DNA of 64,000 nt. Source: Spirochaetota bacterium. Lineage in GTDB: Bacteria; Spirochaetota; UBA4802; UBA5368. Position 1 is the first letter of the stretch; each line of letters starts with the position of its first letter. A program made the translations under genes and the position numbers. Shown in pieces: positions 60,664 through 64,000 of the stretch. The stretch spans positions 70,058 to 134,057 of the forward strand of contig DATIKU010000049.1 of assembly GCA_035477215.1 (NCBI GenBank), written 5' to 3'. The notes under the pieces were generated by a model. That model was not told the origin of the DNA. It worked only from the letters and a program-made list of their open reading frames with translations, and ran no database searches.

Positions 60664-60900
60664 GCACCGCGCGGCCGGCGCCCTCACGCGCGGCGCATCC
60701 CGCCTTGTGCGCGCGCATGGCAGTGGTCGGGGGAATGCCTGCGCGACGGGCGTATGCATCACCTCCGGCCTTTCCGCCTTAAAACATGTCGTTTATTATC
60801 TTTTCCTTTACTGAAACACGCATATCTTCTACATTGTTCCGGCCGGCTCCGGGATATTTTTTACACTTTTTTCTATATAAACGGGTATTTAGAGTAACTG

Positions 60901-61467
60901 ATGAGCGATGTTTCTGTGACCATCGGCGACGAGGACCTTGTCAGACGATTCAAGGGAGGCGAACAAAAAGCCTTCGATGAGTTGTATACGCGATATGCGC
61001 CCCGTCTCAAGCGGCTCATCGTGTATTCCCTCGGCGACGCAGACGAGTCCGAGGACGTACTGCATGATGTGTTCATGAGAGTGTTTCTGCATATCGATTC
61101 GTTCAATACCGACATGGCCTTCTCGTCGTGGATTTACCGAATCGCCGTCAACTGCTGTAAGAATTATCGCAAGAAGCGCATGAAAGAGATGCTGACGGTC
61201 GGCGGGGACCAGATGGACGGCATCAACTCGCCCGAGGGTTCGCCCGAGGAGTTGTATCTCAGGGAAGAGGACATGCGCGAGTTTTACCGGGCGGTCGACT
61301 CGCTCAAGGAGAAGTTCAAGACCGTGTTCTTGCTGAGGTTCGATCACGGCATGCAGTACAGCCAGATCTCGAGCATACTGGATTGTCCGCAGAGGACGGC
61401 GAAGTGGCGCATGCAGAAGGCCGTCCAAAAGATCGCGGACCGGCTTAAGTCGAGAAACGTGGTATAA
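60901..61467 (+). CDS. ECF (sigma70 family) RNA polymerase sigma factor.
   Basis: Region 2 FDELYTRYAPRLKR. Region 4 HTH near the C-terminus. Confidence 0.85.
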   Translation: MSDVSVTIGDEDLVRRFKGGEQKAFDELYTRYAPRLKRLIVYSLGDADESEDVLHDVFMRVFLHIDSFNTDMAFSSWIYRIAVNCCKNYRKKRMKEMLTVGGDQMDGINSPEGSPEELYLREEDMREFYRAVDSLKEKFKTVFLLRFDHGMQYSQISSILDCPQRTAKWRMQKAVQKIADRLKSRNVV

Positions 61468-61495
61468 TTACCGGGGGATATACAGAGTAACGCCG

Positions 61496-63553
61496 ATGGG
61501 AGCCGGAAGAATGGAGCCGCATATCGAAGAGGAAATACTCGCGATCATCCACGCCCTTCGCGTGGACGGGCGGTGCTCGGATGCACAGGCGGGTTCTCTT
61601 GCCGCTTTTTTCGAGCGGGCGCATTTTGATGATCCGCCGATTGATGCGCCGCGCGGCCTTGCGCGCGTGCGGTTGGAAGCGTCGAAATTGCACGGGCGGA
61701 GCGCGAAAGCGCGGGCGTTTTCCGCGCGGACAAAGCTTCTTCTGGCCGCCGCTTCGGTTTTCATGATCGCGGGCGCGGCTTTTCTTGTTTTTCGTGCGGG
61801 TGATGAAACCATTCCCCACGAAACGGTGGCGGCGGCCGTCTACGGAGACGTGCACTTCATGCGCAGCGGCACGATCTCGGTTCTTGAAGCGGGCGCGCTT
61901 CTTGGCGCCGGCGACACGGTGCGCACCGGGGCCCGCGCGTTCGCGGAGCTCCGATACGGGGATAAAGTTACGATAAGGATCAAACAGAACTCGCGTTTCA
62001 GGATAGACGAGCTGGCCCATGGAGGCGACGGCAGGCTTCGCGCGGGCCTGGACCTTTCGGCGGGAACGGCGCTTTTAAGTTTTAAAAAGCTGCAGAGGGG
62101 CGACTCCGCCGAGGTGCGCACCCCGACATCGGTGGCGGGTGTGCGCGGCACGAGTTTCGGCGTTTCGGTGTCGGAAAACCGGGATGTTCGCTTCGAGGTC
62201 CTCGAGGGTAAGATCAGCGTGCGCGGACGGGTTGTTCTCGACGGGGCGGTGCCGATGGACGAGGCGGCGCGCGGGGTGCTGGAGGGCGTCGAGCGCAGGC
62301 TTGCGGAGCGGGCGGTTGCCGTGGAGGCGAACGAGGTGTGCGAGGTGAAGGAACGCGACGCCCGCGCCCTGGCGAAAAAAATCGAAGAAACTCTTGCTGC
62401 GCTTCCGGAAAAAGGGAAACGCGCCGAAGAAACACGTCTTGCCGATGCCATCATAAAAATAGCCGCGGAAACGGCGAACCCCCGCATCTACACCGCCGCC
62501 GAATCGCCGCCGGTACTTTTCAGGGATCTGAAACGGATGGCGATGACGGGGGAGGCTGCGGACGAAGCCGCCGTGTCGCGACGCGAAAGGGAGCGCCCGG
62601 CCGCGTTCGACCAGAATGCCTGGATGGACAGGGCGAAGGTTTCGTACGTTGTCGCCGATGACGCGCGGCAGCTTTTCATAGCGGTCGGGACGGACGGCCG
62701 CATTGACGCGCTCCGGCGCGGGGCCGTGGTGTGGCGCTTTCGATGCGGCTCCCGGGTAAACGCCCAGCCGGTTTCCGACGGTGAGATTGTTTTCCTTGCC
62801 ACGGCGGACGAGCGCATCATCGCCCTCTCGCTCGATGACGGCAAGGAGCTCTGGAGCAGGAAGATAGACGGCGTGCTGCATTTCGGCGCACGGCTTTCGA
62901 TTGACGGGGATGGCGTCTACGCTGCGACGGCAAAGGGCCATCTGTACCGGTTCAACCGCCGGGGCGGGGAGAAATGGAGACTCAGGCTTCCCGCGGCCTC
63001 CTACTCGACGCCTGTAGTCGACGGCAGGCTCCTTTTCGTGCCCGCTCAGGACGGCAAGATCCACGTTGTCGATACCGCACTTCGTCTTGTCGTTATGAGA
63101 ATAGATTCGGGGAAGATAATAGGCTCATCGGTCATCGTCCACGGGGGTCGGCTGTATTACGCTAATTTCGATGGCGTCATCGCCTGTCACAATATTGAGC
63201 GCGATGAAACCGAATGGCGTTACCGCCTGCATGGCGCGGTAACCGCCGACCCGGTCATAGACGGGGACTTTCTATTTGCCGTTTCCTCCGGCGGAGACGT
63301 GGTCAAGCTCTCGCTTGACGGCAGGGCGGCGTGGCGTGTGAACATAGGCGGTCCCGTTGACAGAAGCCCGATCGTAGTGGGGTCGGGCCTGTATGTACTG
63401 TCGCGGCGCGTGTTCTATGTTTTCGACACGGAGAAGGGGGCGGTGCAGTGGTCGCTTGTGACGCCGTCTGAATCGGCCACAAATATTGCCGTGGTCGGCA
63501 GAACGATGTACTTTGGAACGGAAGAGAATGGAATATATCGAATTAAAAAATAA
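61496..63553 (+). CDS. Anti-sigma-like membrane protein with FecR domain and C-terminal PQQ-like beta-propeller repeats.
   Basis: N-terminal anti-sigma region plus a TM helix. FecR core SVAGVRGTSFGVSV. Repeated G-x-hydrophobic-Y/F propeller blades. Confidence 0.75.
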   Translation: MGAGRMEPHIEEEILAIIHALRVDGRCSDAQAGSLAAFFERAHFDDPPIDAPRGLARVRLEASKLHGRSAKARAFSARTKLLLAAASVFMIAGAAFLVFRAGDETIPHETVAAAVYGDVHFMRSGTISVLEAGALLGAGDTVRTGARAFAELRYGDKVTIRIKQNSRFRIDELAHGGDGRLRAGLDLSAGTALLSFKKLQRGDSAEVRTPTSVAGVRGTSFGVSVSENRDVRFEVLEGKISVRGRVVLDGAVPMDEAARGVLEGVERRLAERAVAVEANEVCEVKERDARALAKKIEETLAALPEKGKRAEETRLADAIIKIAAETANPRIYTAAESPPVLFRDLKRMAMTGEAADEAAVSRRERERPAAFDQNAWMDRAKVSYVVADDARQLFIAVGTDGRIDALRRGAVVWRFRCGSRVNAQPVSDGEIVFLATADERIIALSLDDGKELWSRKIDGVLHFGARLSIDGDGVYAATAKGHLYRFNRRGGEKWRLRLPAASYSTPVVDGRLLFVPAQDGKIHVVDTALRLVVMRIDSGKIIGSSVIVHGGRLYYANFDGVIACHNIERDETEWRYRLHGAVTADPVIDGDFLFAVSSGGDVVKLSLDGRAAWRVNIGGPVDRSPIVVGSGLYVLSRRVFYVFDTEKGAVQWSLVTPSESATNIAVVGRTMYFGTEENGIYRIKK

Positions 63554-63637
63554 ACAGGCTGGCATGTGCGCCGCGCTCGTTTGGTGAGCTACACGGAAGG
63601 CCGGGTTGCGAAAAGGAGGGAGTATCATGAAGAGGAT

Positions 63638-64000
63638 AACGGCGATTGGACTTTTGGCGTTTGTCGCCCTGTCGATCTCCTGCTCGAAAAAAACGGAGAA
63701 TCAGTCGAGGGCGGTGATTACGTTCATGATAGGCGAGGTGCAGGTATTCAAGAATAACGCCTGGGGCGGTGTCGAGACGGGCTCCGAGCTCTATCAGGGT
63801 GATCGGATCAGAACAAAAGCGGGGGCGACGGTTGACGTACAGATCGGTCAGAGCGTCGTTCGCGTTAAGGAGAAGAGCGAGCTCGCTCTCGCCGCCCTTT
63901 TCATGGACCGGTCCACGAACTTGGAAAACACGTCTCTCGAGCTTGCGGTGGGGACGGTGCTCGCAAAGCCGCGGAAGCTTATCAAAGGAGAGAGTTTTAT
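63638..64000 (+). CDS. FecR-like lipoprotein, partial (runs past the window end).
   Basis: Lipobox LSISC ... IGEVQV. Confidence 0.6.

Noticed and set aside
62075-63064. 329-aa minus-strand ORF.
   Set aside because: Antisense to the anti-sigma gene.

Overview
This 64 kb window comes from a high-GC (about 60-65% by eye) diderm bacterium. The diderm call rests on TatA, lipoproteins, outer-membrane beta-barrel-like proteins and GldA/F/G-like ABC components. I cannot assign it to a taxon from sequence alone. Coding density is high on both strands, and the high GC throws up many long spurious antisense ORFs.

Housekeeping genes form the backbone of the window:
- gdhA, hom-thrC and icd.
- Two adenylate kinase paralogs and a short pyruvate kinase.
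- dnaX-ybaB-recR, der and tsaB-tsaE-rluD.
- thrS-infC-rpmI-rplT and zapB-like/zapA.
- Four tRNAs: Leu-GAG, Ser-CGA, Ser-GGA and Val-GAC.

Several accessory or regulatory modules are interspersed:
1. An abfD / small Cys protein / abfT / transporter operon for 4-hydroxybutyrate (4-aminobutyrate fermentation) lies next to gdhA and a CBS-PAS sigma54 enhancer-binding protein. Immediately downstream of that activator sit two near-identical sigma54 -24/-12 promoters. One drives tatA; the other drives an outer-membrane protein plus a Tat-exported MBL-fold hydrolase.
2. A four-gene minus-strand operon encodes a small membrane protein, a PAS histidine-kinase-like protein, a RavA/MoxR-like AAA+ ATPase and a vWA (MIDAS) protein. 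In the kinase-like protein the phospho-acceptor His is replaced by Tyr; I confirmed the TAT codon in the DNA, and the substitution is DivL-like. The ATPase has a variant P-loop (SRTGMAKS). This operon is my top candidate for an undescribed system.
3. A trio of small membrane proteins (DUF4234, DUF2752, DUF1232) sits beside a 860-aa PPDK_N (PEP-utilizer ATP-grasp) protein whose N-terminus resembles KaiC/RecA but has no P-loop.
4. One ECF sigma factor, an anti-sigma with FecR plus a PQQ-propeller domain, and two further FecR lipoproteins.
5. A degT-capD UDP-sugar modification pair.
6. A Gld-like ABC operon ending in a C-terminally truncated pyruvate kinase.
7. Other oddities: a signal-peptidase-I-like protein with Ser-to-Ala at the nucleophile position, a 3 x 21-nt tandem repeat, and a KAAK-rich histone-H1-like small protein behind an AT-rich leader. 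infC appears to start on AUA, and thrS on TTG.

I saw no CRISPR arrays, transposases or integrases.
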